NCBI GenBank assembly: GCA_963712895.1
Contig: CAVQJR010000011.1
Coordinates: forward strand, 4,588 to 68,587
Length of the DNA stretch: 64,000 nucleotides
Reading direction: 5' to 3'
From: an uncultured delta proteobacterium
GTDB lineage: Bacteria > Desulfobacterota > Syntrophobacteria > Syntrophobacterales > Syntrophobacteraceae
Part shown: in pieces, positions 31,916-40,294 of the stretch
How positions within the stretch are numbered: position 1 is the first letter of the stretch
Layout of the letters: every line of letters starts with the position of its first letter
Notes under the pieces: model-generated
Told to the model about the DNA's origin: nothing
Seen by the model: the letters and a program-made list of their open reading frames with translations, nothing else
Database searches by the model: none
Position numbers and translations under genes: made by a program

Positions 31916-34813
31916 GTGACCTTCAGTGTGCGGTCCAAAATCGTTTCCATCACGTTGCTGATTCTGTGTGCGACTATCGGCGCAGCCACGCTGGTCTACA
32001 GTTACGTGTTCAGTGTGGAGTATTCCAGGGCCCTCCAGTCAAGGACCTTTGTCCTGGCGGAAACCTTGAAGTTTCAACTGGACAGGTTGCTCGAGCCGGG
32101 CATGGCGCTCGATGAACTGGTGGGGTTCGACGGGCAGTGCCGGGACCTGGTGGACCGGTACGGGGACGTTTCGTATGCAATGGTGGTAGACAAAAACGGG
32201 ACAATTCTGTTCCACGATGACCCCTCCCGCAAAGGCGGGAAAATAGCGGACGACCCTTCTGCGATGAGAGCGCTGCGGAATGGGAGGGAGGCGATCAGGG
32301 CTCACTTTTTTGACGGTGAAGATGAAGAGTCCTACTCCGCCATGGTTCCGGTTTCCGATACTCACGGCAATTATGTCGCGGCGGTGATGGTCGGCTTTCC
32401 CGCAGAGGCCATAGCCCAAAAAACCGCGCGAATATTCTTCTGTTCCGCCATCCTTGCCGTGATATCCATCAGCCTGGCCGCCGGGCTTCTTCTTTCATTG
32501 CTGCACCTGTGGCTGAACAGGCCCCTTGGAAAGCTGCTCGGCGCTATCGGGGAGATGAGAGAAAAGGGCACGGAGCAGTATAAGACCGTCGATATCCGCT
32601 CCAGGGATGAAATAGGGCAGTTGGGGGCGGCATTCAACCATTTGATAGGCGATCTGAACGAATCCCATTCCAGGCTGAAGAAATACACCGAAGAGCTGGA
32701 ATCCAAGGTGAGCGAACGAACCGCAACGCTGCTCGAAATGAACGGGCGGCTGGAGTCCGACATCACCGAGCGAAAGAGGATGGAGGAGGCGTTGCGGGCG
32801 GCACTGAGAAGTGCCGAGGACGAGCGCTCCAAAACCGAATCGATCATCGCCGCAATGGCGGATTCTCTCTTCATCCTGGGTACCGACTACAAGATCCTGC
32901 ACCAGAACCTGAGTTCCAGGGAGGTGGTGGGAGACCACGCCGGCGAATATTGTTATTCGGTACTCCACCAGCGGAGCGAACCCTGCGAGGGCTGTCAGAT
33001 GGCATCCTGCTTTGCGGACAGCCAGATCCACAGGCGGGAAAACCTCGCCGTCACGCCTTTGGGCCGTGAGGTAAGATACGTGGATGTCACCGCGTCCCCG
33101 ATAAAAGACGCGGAGGGTAAAATCATCGCCTGTGTCGAGGTGGCAAGGGATGTCACCGAGCGCAGACAGAGGGAGGAGGAACTCAGGCTGGCAAAGGAGG
33201 CGGCCGAATCGGCCAGTGCGGCCAAGAGCCATTTCCTGGCCAGTATGAGCCATGAAATCCGGACTCCGATGAACGGGGTCATAGGGATGGTCAAGCTCGC
33301 ACTGCGCAACGATTTGAGTCCGCGGGAAAGGGAGTGCCTGGTGATGGCGAAGTGCTCCGCCGAATCCCTCTTGAGGCTTCTCAACGACCTGATGGATTTT
33401 TCCAAGATCGAAGCGAGAAAGCTGGAGCTGGTCAGTGTTCCCTTTAATCTCGACGAAAGCATCGGCGAGGCGGTGAGCCTGGTGGGGGTCGAGGCGCAAG
33501 GCAAAGGCATCAAGCTCTCACAGGAAATAAGCCCGGCGATACCCCGGCTGCTGGTTGGAGACCCGGGACGGCTGACCCAGGTGTTTATCAACCTTATCGG
33601 CAATGCCGTCAAGTTTACCGAAATGGGGGAAGTGGTCGTGAGGGCCGAGGCGCAATCGGAGAGCGCCGGGGAAGTTTTGTTGCATTTTTCGGTGTCGGAT
33701 ACCGGCATCGGTATCCCCGAAGATAAGCAGGAGGTCATTTTCGAGGCCTTCACGCAGGCGGACGGTTCCACCACGCGAAATTTTGGCGGCACGGGGCTTG
33801 GGCTGGCGATTTCAGCCCGCCTGGTGGAACTGATGGGCGGGAAGATCGAGGTCGAGAGCACGGTCGGCAAGGGGAGCACCTTTCATTTTACCGTGCGTTT
33901 CGGGCTAAGCAGCGAGGGTGAGGATTCGGTGCACGGTCCGGGGGGAAAATACCGGCGTGAGGCCGCCGCCGGGTGGACACCCCTGCCCGAACCGCTTCGG
34001 CGGCTTCGAGTCCTGCTTGCCGAGGATAACCTCATCAATCGGAAACTGGCGGTCTCGATCCTGGAAGACCGCGGGCACGCGGTTAGAGTGGCGAACAACG
34101 GCAAAGAGGCCGTGGCCCTTTTTCGGGCGGAGCCGTTCGACCTCATCCTGATGGACGTGCAGATGCCCGAAACAGACGGCCTCCAGGCGGCCTCCGCCAT
34201 ACGCGAGCTTGAAAAAAGAAACGGCGGGCGTATTCCCATACTGGCCATGACGGCCTATGCGCTGCAAGGGGACCGGGAACGGTGCCTTTCCGCCGGCATG
34301 GACGGCCACATTCCAAAGCCCGTCGACCCCGATGAACTCGTGGGAACGGTTGAAAGATACGCGACAAGGGACCATGATCCGGAGACGGCGCCCGCAAAAG
34401 GGCGGCTTTCGCAGGCCGCCCCCCCTTTCCAAACCGGCGCATTCGACCCGGATGTCGCCCTGGCGGGGGTCAGGGGCAAGATGGACCTTTTGATCGAAAT
34501 CGCGTCCCTTTTCCTGCGGCAGTGCCCGGTGCTGCTCGATGGAATCAGGGAATCGATCGGGAGCGCGGACTGTGAAAGGCTTCGGCGATCGGCTCACACG
34601 CTGAAAGGTTCGGTTGGAAATTTCGGCGCCGAAGAAGCTTTCCAGGCCGCCCTCAAAATGGAAGAATTCGGTATCGGAAAAGACCTCGACGGGGCGGAGG
34701 CGCTTTTCGAAGAGATGGAGAAAAAAGTTCTGGCACTCAGTGCCGCCCTGGGCAAGCTCTGCGGGCAGGACCTCAAGGCTTCCCGGGAGGGTCCGGCCCG
34801 TACGCGGGTCTGA
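31916..34813 (+). CDS. Hybrid sensor histidine kinase (sensor-TM-HAMP-PAS-HisKA-HATPase-REC-Hpt)
   Basis: H-box SMSHEIRTPMNG, G-boxes DTGIGIP and GGTGLGLAIS, REC (LLAEDNLINR...LMDVQMPETDG), and Hpt (HTLKGSVGNFG). GTG start. Confidence 0.9.
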   Translation: MTFSVRSKIVSITLLILCATIGAATLVYSYVFSVEYSRALQSRTFVLAETLKFQLDRLLEPGMALDELVGFDGQCRDLVDRYGDVSYAMVVDKNGTILFHDDPSRKGGKIADDPSAMRALRNGREAIRAHFFDGEDEESYSAMVPVSDTHGNYVAAVMVGFPAEAIAQKTARIFFCSAILAVISISLAAGLLLSLLHLWLNRPLGKLLGAIGEMREKGTEQYKTVDIRSRDEIGQLGAAFNHLIGDLNESHSRLKKYTEELESKVSERTATLLEMNGRLESDITERKRMEEALRAALRSAEDERSKTESIIAAMADSLFILGTDYKILHQNLSSREVVGDHAGEYCYSVLHQRSEPCEGCQMASCFADSQIHRRENLAVTPLGREVRYVDVTASPIKDAEGKIIACVEVARDVTERRQREEELRLAKEAAESASAAKSHFLASMSHEIRTPMNGVIGMVKLALRNDLSPRERECLVMAKCSAESLLRLLNDLMDFSKIEARKLELVSVPFNLDESIGEAVSLVGVEAQGKGIKLSQEISPAIPRLLVGDPGRLTQVFINLIGNAVKFTEMGEVVVRAEAQSESAGEVLLHFSVSDTGIGIPEDKQEVIFEAFTQADGSTTRNFGGTGLGLAISARLVELMGGKIEVESTVGKGSTFHFTVRFGLSSEGEDSVHGPGGKYRREAAAGWTPLPEPLRRLRVLLAEDNLINRKLAVSILEDRGHAVRVANNGKEAVALFRAEPFDLILMDVQMPETDGLQAASAIRELEKRNGGRIPILAMTAYALQGDRERCLSAGMDGHIPKPVDPDELVGTVERYATRDHDPETAPAKGRLSQAAPPFQTGAFDPDVALAGVRGKMDLLIEIASLFLRQCPVLLDGIRESIGSADCERLRRSAHTLKGSVGNFGAEEAFQAALKMEEFGIGKDLDGAEALFEEMEKKVLALSAALGKLCGQDLKASREGPARTRV

Positions 34814-34826
34814 GAAAGGCGGTTTC

Positions 34827-36089
34827 TCAGCAGCCTTCGAGCACCACGTGTTCCTTTTCGGATTTCGATTTGCGGGACTGTTTCCGGCGGCCGATCTCCC
34901 TCAGGGCCTGGTCCAGGTCCTCGCGCAAATCCTCGACATCCTCGCAGCCCACCGAAAACCGCACCAGCTCGTCCAGGATGCCCGCCTCCATTCTTTCCTC
35001 GCGCGGAATCGACGCGTGGGTCATCGATGCCGGATGCTCTATGAGAGATTCCACCCCCCCTAAGGATACCGCAAGCTTTATCAGCCGGACGTTGTTCATG
35101 ACGGTTATTCCGCCATCCAGGCCGTTTTTCACCCCGAATGATATCATCGTGCCGAACCCGTCCATCTGTTTTTTGGCGATTTCGTGCTGCGGATGGTCCG
35201 GGAGGCCCGGATAGCGCACCCAGGTCACCTTGGGGTGAGATTTCAGAAAGCGGGCCAGCTTCATGGCGTTTTCCTGCGCCCTTTCGATCCTGAGCGGCAA
35301 AGTCTTCACCCCCCGAAGTATCAGCCATGCCTGGTGGGGGTCCATGGTGCCTCCGAAAACAGTGACGACTTTTTTCAGCCTCTTATAACTTTCCTCGCTC
35401 CCGGCTATTATCATGCCTCCGACCACGTCGCTGTGGCCGTTTATGAACTTGGTGAGACTGTTGATGACGATATGTGCCCCCAGCTCCAGCGGGCGCTGCA
35501 GGTACGGGCTGGCGAAGGTATTGTCCACCACCAGCAGGACCTTTCGCCGGGCCGCGATCTCACCCGCTGCCCCGAGGTCGGTCAGCTCCATGCTGGGGTT
35601 CATCGGCGATTCCACGAAAATCATCCTGGTCTCGGGCCTCAGCGCCTTTTCGATCTTGGCCGCATCCGAGCTGTCGACAAAGGTGGACTGCACGCCGAAG
35701 CGCGACATCTCCTTTTCGAGCATCACCCGCGACGCCCCATAGATGCAGTTGCCCGCGACCACATGGTCTCCCTGGCTGAGAAGCGCGATAAATACGGCGC
35801 CCACCGCGGCCATCCCGGTGGAGGTGGCGATTGCGGCAAAGCCGCCTTCGAGGGTCGCCAGGCTTTCTTCGAGAGCATGCACCGTGGGGTTTCCGATGCG
35901 CGTGTAGATATAGCCGGGCTGCTCTCCCGCAAACCGGGCTGCCCCGTCGGCCGCGCTCGGGAAGATGAAGGTCGAAGATTGGAATATGGGCACTGAAATC
36001 TCGCCGTAAATCGAGTGTTCCGCCGCCCCGGCATGAACGGCCCTGGTGGTTTTGCGCATGGCGGGTGTCTTTTTCAAATCGTTTTTCAT
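34827..36089 (-). CDS. Cys/Met-metabolism PLP-dependent enzyme, methionine gamma-lyase / cystathionine gamma-synthase family
   Basis: TRAVHAG...PIFQSSTF...YTRIGNPT...SLTKFINGHSD (PLP lysine context). Start at ATG 36087-36089 with GGGAGGA upstream. The listed 172-codon extension is spurious. Confidence 0.85.
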   Translation of the reverse strand: MKNDLKKTPAMRKTTRAVHAGAAEHSIYGEISVPIFQSSTFIFPSAADGAARFAGEQPGYIYTRIGNPTVHALEESLATLEGGFAAIATSTGMAAVGAVFIALLSQGDHVVAGNCIYGASRVMLEKEMSRFGVQSTFVDSSDAAKIEKALRPETRMIFVESPMNPSMELTDLGAAGEIAARRKVLLVVDNTFASPYLQRPLELGAHIVINSLTKFINGHSDVVGGMIIAGSEESYKRLKKVVTVFGGTMDPHQAWLILRGVKTLPLRIERAQENAMKLARFLKSHPKVTWVRYPGLPDHPQHEIAKKQMDGFGTMISFGVKNGLDGGITVMNNVRLIKLAVSLGGVESLIEHPASMTHASIPREERMEAGILDELVRFSVGCEDVEDLREDLDQALREIGRRKQSRKSKSEKEHVVLEGC

Positions 36090-36180
36090 AAGGGTCCTCC
36101 CGGGATTTTTGATCGATAACCCGTACAAAATATATGTAAGGATGAGAGGGTCAACCACTAATGAAGGATTTAAGGACTGG

Positions 36181-36241
36181 GGCAGGGTTGTCAATGACGG
36201 TTGCGGCCCGGGGACTCTGCCGGGGCAGGGTTGCGGGTTGG
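36181..36241 (+). repeat. V-family repeat (GGTTGCGG...GGGGACTCTGCCGGGGC...GGTTGCGGG)
   Basis: It aligns with the reverse complement of 63184-63243. Both copies lie just upstream of a gene start. Confidence 0.6.
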
Positions 36242-36293
36242 AAAGCCTGCGCTTCGGTAGCGCCATGGTGTATAATTTCCTCCGGGAGCGGAT

Positions 36294-37172
36294 ATGATAA
36301 TCAGTGCAAGCCGCCGGACCGATATTCCGGCCTTTTATTCGAAATGGTTCATAAACCGCGTGCGCAAGGGATGGTGCGACGTGCCCAATCCTTTCAACAG
36401 GGCGCAGGTCTCGAAGGTCTCTCTTGCCCCGCGGGACGTGGACGCATTCGTTTTCTGGACCAGAAATCCGCGCCCCCTGATTCCCCGCCTGGACGAACTG
36501 GACGGACTGGGCTTTCGATACCTTTTCCTGATCACCCTCATAGGATATCCACGCGGGATTGACCCCCGTTCGCCCGGACCGGAAGTTTCGATCGCAAATT
36601 TCCACGACCTTGCCTCCCGAATCGGCCCGGAGAGGGTGACGTGGCGCTACGATCCGATCCTTCTAAGCGACATCACCGGGCCCGAGTTTCACGAAGAAAA
36701 TTTCAGGCGCATCGCCCGTGCGCTCCGCGGGACCACGAACCGGTGCGTCATAAGCTTCGTAAACGTGTACCGCAAAGCCAGAAAGCGCCTGGAAGAGGCC
36801 GTTCCGGGAGGGCTTGCGGCGTTCGATCCGGGCCTGCCCCGGACCTCGGAGCTGCTTCGCACCATTTCCGCCGCCGCTCGGGAGGAAGGCATGCGGGTAT
36901 TTAACTGCGCCGGCGGGCACGACTTATCGCCGTTCGGAATCCTTCCGTCCAGGTGCATCGACGGGGAGTTTATCGGAAATCTTTTTTCCGTGCCCGTCAA
37001 AGCGGTGAAAGACCCGTCCCAGCGCGCCGAATGCGGGTGCACGGTGAGCAGGGATATCGGGATGTACGACACATGCCTTTACGGATGCTCCTACTGCTAC
37101 GCCACATCGAACACGGAACGGGCCGAAGCGAACCACCTTTCACACGATCCGGAATCGCCGTCGCTGGTTTGA
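36294..37172 (+). CDS. DUF1848 domain protein
   Basis: MIISASRRTDIPAFYSKWF N-terminus and a C-terminal Cys cluster (ECGCTVSRDIGMYDTCLYGCSYCYA), characteristic of DUF1848. Confidence 0.8.
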   Translation: MIISASRRTDIPAFYSKWFINRVRKGWCDVPNPFNRAQVSKVSLAPRDVDAFVFWTRNPRPLIPRLDELDGLGFRYLFLITLIGYPRGIDPRSPGPEVSIANFHDLASRIGPERVTWRYDPILLSDITGPEFHEENFRRIARALRGTTNRCVISFVNVYRKARKRLEEAVPGGLAAFDPGLPRTSELLRTISAAAREEGMRVFNCAGGHDLSPFGILPSRCIDGEFIGNLFSVPVKAVKDPSQRAECGCTVSRDIGMYDTCLYGCSYCYATSNTERAEANHLSHDPESPSLV

Positions 37173-37210
37173 TCTCGATGCTGGATGCTGGATGCTCGGT
37201 GCCGGATACC
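37171..37210. repeat. TGGATGC-type short tandem repeat tract
   Basis: GATCTCGATGCTGGATGCTGGATGCTCGGTGCCGGATACC directly follows the DUF1848 stop. It belongs to the same word family as 54799-54880. Confidence 0.7.
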
Positions 37211-37381
37211 CGTAGCCTTGCCCCGGCGTAGTTTCCGGGCCGCCCGCGACTCAAAATGCTTTCCCATGCCGGGGCATTTCTGATATGGTTAATCTTATTG
37301 GGTGTTTCGGACCTCACGGGGGCGATTTCCCCTTTTGCCGAAAATCTGCAAACCACAAGCAACTGCAAGGAGCGATATCGG

Positions 37382-38449
37382 GTGAAAAACGACGCATTAC
37401 CATATGAAAAGGTCAGGGCAATTCAGGTAAGTAAGGGAAAACCTCTGTCGCAGCTTATTGCCGAAATGTCCGATACCGGTTTCCAGGGGCGGAGACTGGC
37501 GGAAGTTTGCGACATTTTCGAGGAAATGATCGGGGAAAAAGACCTGACCATTCTTATGGGCTATGCGGGGTCTCTGTCCGTTGCCGGCCAGTGGTCGATC
37601 ATAAGCTGGCTGATGGAGCATCGCTACATAGACGTCCTGGCTGCAACCGGGGCGAATCTCACCGAGGACATCGTCGAGGGCATGGGGCGGAGCTATTACA
37701 AGGGCACCCACGCGGTCGACGACGAATACCTTTGCAGGAAAGGCCTCAACCGGTACTACGATATATACGGGACCGAAAAGGACTACATGAATATGATCGA
37801 GCTGATCGGTGAATTCATCCTGACGCTCGATGAAGATTACAAGTACTCGTCAAGGCAGTTCCTGTACCTGCTGGGATCATGGCTCGGGAAAAAGGGTGTC
37901 AGGAGCATCCTGACTTCCGCGGCCGAGAAGAGAATTCCCGTTTTCTGCCCCGGCATAGCGGACAGTCCCGTCGGAGACGCGGCGCTTTTTGCCAGAAGCA
38001 GGGGCTTTACCCTGTGCATCGACGGCATCAAGGACTACATAGAGTTCATGGGCCTTGCCGAAAAAGTCAAGGATACCGGAGTTTTCTATATCGGTGGAGG
38101 CGTTCCCAAGGATTTTGTCCAGCTTTTCGCCGTTTCGGCCGACCTGCTCTACGCGGACAAGAAAATTCCCAACCGGAAAAACCCTGTGAGCCGCGAAGGT
38201 ACGGACGAGACATACCATCCGCACAAGTACGCCATCCAGATCACATCGGATTCTCCGCAGTGGGGCGGCCTTTCCGGCTGTACCTTCGAGGAGGCGACCT
38301 CCTGGGGCAAGGAAACCATCTCCGGGACCGGGAGAACGGCCCAGTGCTTCTGCGACGCCACCATCGCCCTGCCGCTTCTGGCCCACGTCATTGCCGAAAG
38401 AGTCGAAAATGCCAGGGAGGGAGTGGATTTTTCGGAGTTATTCGCATAA
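37382..38449 (+). CDS. Deoxyhypusine synthase-like protein
   Basis: DTGFQGRRLAE...ILMGYAGSLSVAG...ATGANLTEDI...FYIGGGVPKDF match the DHS family. GTG 37382 is preceded by AAGGAG 9 nt upstream, so the start is uncertain (the listed ORF starts at 37256). Confidence 0.8.
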   Translation: MKNDALPYEKVRAIQVSKGKPLSQLIAEMSDTGFQGRRLAEVCDIFEEMIGEKDLTILMGYAGSLSVAGQWSIISWLMEHRYIDVLAATGANLTEDIVEGMGRSYYKGTHAVDDEYLCRKGLNRYYDIYGTEKDYMNMIELIGEFILTLDEDYKYSSRQFLYLLGSWLGKKGVRSILTSAAEKRIPVFCPGIADSPVGDAALFARSRGFTLCIDGIKDYIEFMGLAEKVKDTGVFYIGGGVPKDFVQLFAVSADLLYADKKIPNRKNPVSREGTDETYHPHKYAIQITSDSPQWGGLSGCTFEEATSWGKETISGTGRTAQCFCDATIALPLLAHVIAERVENAREGVDFSELFA

Positions 38450-38562
38450 AGCGCTTCCCGTGAAATCACGAATGGCTGAGGCGGGCCGGTTGAGCGGGAC
38501 CGCTGCCGTGGAAAATTAGTATGGAAAGCGGCATTTTAATCTCTGCGGACCCCTTAATACTA

Positions 38563-38699
38563 ATTTTCGTTCAAGATAGGCCAATACCGATGGGTTACGC
38601 TCCGCTTCACCCATCCTACATCCCTTTCCAGACCTGAGTTAAGCGGAGGATGGGTGAAGCGGAGCGTAACCCATCACGTTAATCTTGGACGCAACCTGG
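38563..38699 (+). repeat. H-family MITE (IS630-type termini, TA-flanked, 28-bp perfect internal hairpin)
   Basis: TA at 38561-38562 and 38700-38701. The right terminus in reverse complement, CCAGGTTGCGTCCAAGAT, matches the IS630 left end. The stem pairs 38589-38616 with 38648-38675. Confidence 0.85.
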
Positions 38700-38705
38700 T
38701 ATAAG

Positions 38706-39998
38706 ATGAATCCGGAGATCGGAAAAATCACTGGAGACAGTGTGACGGCCGTCCCGCAAGGGTTGCTCGACGCAGCGACTCGATTCCCGGGGAAAGCGTA
38801 TCGCAGAAACAGTTGTTTACTTGTCCTGATTATAGCTGCATTAATCCTGTTTATCAGGAAAACCGATTCGTTTATAAATCCTCAGTTCTGGGCGGAAGAT
38901 GGGGCTGTTTACTTCATCCAGCAATATGGCGGTGGAGCATCGGTTCTTTTCCGAGAATATGCCGGATATCTTCAATTTATATGCAGGCTGATAGCATTTT
39001 TTACAAATATGTTCTTTCCATTTTCCGTTGCTCCGATCGTATATGTCTATTCCAGCCTTGTCTTAACTCTTTTAGTGATAGCCAACGTATTTTCTCCCAG
39101 GTTCAAAGCTGATTACAAGCCATTGCTGGCTTTATCGATAGTCATGGTTCCTCATTTCACAAATGAGATATTCATGAACCTGTCTAACACACAATGGATT
39201 CTTTCCATTCTGCTTTTCATTACCTTATTGAAGGAAAATCCCGGTCGAGAATACGGCAACCTATGGCTCCAGGCTTGTATGGACTTGGTTATCCTGCTCC
39301 TCTGCGGTTTAACAGGTCCATTTTGCATATTGCTGCTTCCACTCGCCTTCTGGAAGTACAAAAAAGATAGAAGTTCCTTCAAGGCGGGTGTCTTTATGGT
39401 AATGTTATTAACATCGTGCATCCAGATATTTTATATTTTAAAATATGCACCGCTGGCAGAGTCCAAATACAGTTTAAATCCGGCCGCATATATAGTTGTA
39501 ATAGGCTGGAAGTTTTTTGGCAATTTATTCCTGGGACATTTCATTTCATATAAGCTGAACCCTTATTTTCTATTCGCGGTGGGGACCTGCATTATCGTTA
39601 CCATAATCCAATTCTCATCGGCATCAAAAACCGGCATAAAAATGGCGACGGTATGCATTGGCTATGGGGTTGTTGTGCTCGCAGCCATCCTGTACAAATG
39701 TAAGGTGGACCCATTGATTTTAGTCCCCGCTGGAAACGGCCCCAGGTATTTTTATATTCCTTGCGTAATGATAACCTGGTCGTTGATTTTATGTATGAAA
39801 CAGGAGGTAAAATGGAAGAGAACTTTAACTAAATCGCTTCTGATACTTATATTAATATCTTCCCTTAGTTCCGGTTTTCATTCCAAACCTCTTAATGATT
39901 ATGCCTGGGCCAGTTATAGTAAGCTGATCGGGTCGAAAAACGATCTGACCATTCCAATTAATCCGAAAGGATGGTATATAAAAATACCTTCAAGGTGA
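38706..39998 (+). CDS. Polytopic integral membrane protein; possible GT-C-like glycosyltransferase or polymerase (function not established)
   Basis: ~430 aa with roughly ten or more hydrophobic segments. It is markedly AT-rich compared with its neighbours. The ATG lies 5 nt after the MITE TA. Confidence 0.7.
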   Translation: MNPEIGKITGDSVTAVPQGLLDAATRFPGKAYRRNSCLLVLIIAALILFIRKTDSFINPQFWAEDGAVYFIQQYGGGASVLFREYAGYLQFICRLIAFFTNMFFPFSVAPIVYVYSSLVLTLLVIANVFSPRFKADYKPLLALSIVMVPHFTNEIFMNLSNTQWILSILLFITLLKENPGREYGNLWLQACMDLVILLLCGLTGPFCILLLPLAFWKYKKDRSSFKAGVFMVMLLTSCIQIFYILKYAPLAESKYSLNPAAYIVVIGWKFFGNLFLGHFISYKLNPYFLFAVGTCIIVTIIQFSSASKTGIKMATVCIGYGVVVLAAILYKCKVDPLILVPAGNGPRYFYIPCVMITWSLILCMKQEVKWKRTLTKSLLILILISSLSSGFHSKPLNDYAWASYSKLIGSKNDLTIPINPKGWYIKIPSR

Positions 39999-40108
39999 GC
40001 TGATAACGATGGGATTCCGCTTATCAGCTTGCTATCGATTAAGCAACTACCTGAAAATGACTGGTGATGTATTTTTTGCATATGCTCTATTTTCGACTAT
40101 ATTTCATA

Positions 40109-40267
40109 TATATACAGCTTAAAAAGTAGTCGCAAAATAGATGGGAAATGTAGGGTGGGCACGGTTTCATCGTGCCAACCATTTGGTGTGAAAAGCGGCG
40201 GGCACAAAGAGATCGTGCCCACCACAAGAATCAGGACCTTTGCGCAATTATTTATGGCGTTGTGTAT
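40109..40267 (-). repeat. M-family MITE-like element, full length, inverted relative to 31413-31573
   Basis: The reverse complement aligns end to end with 31413-31573 (ATACACAACGCCATAAATAATTGCGCAAAGGTCCTGATT...GTGGGCAC...GCTGTATATA). Confidence 0.85.
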
Positions 40268-40294
40268 GATTATAATTATAGGGGCCGTTTCCAA

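Noticed and set aside
36090-36605. Long N-terminal extensions of listed ORFs: the Met gamma-lyase-family gene here, plus 1537..1707 (mtnA), 9525..9752 (sucB) and 17087..17491 (mpl)
   Set aside because: The extensions are Arg/Gly/Pro-rich and run into neighbouring genes or intergenic repeats. Internal ATGs with Shine-Dalgarno sequences give family-typical N-termini.
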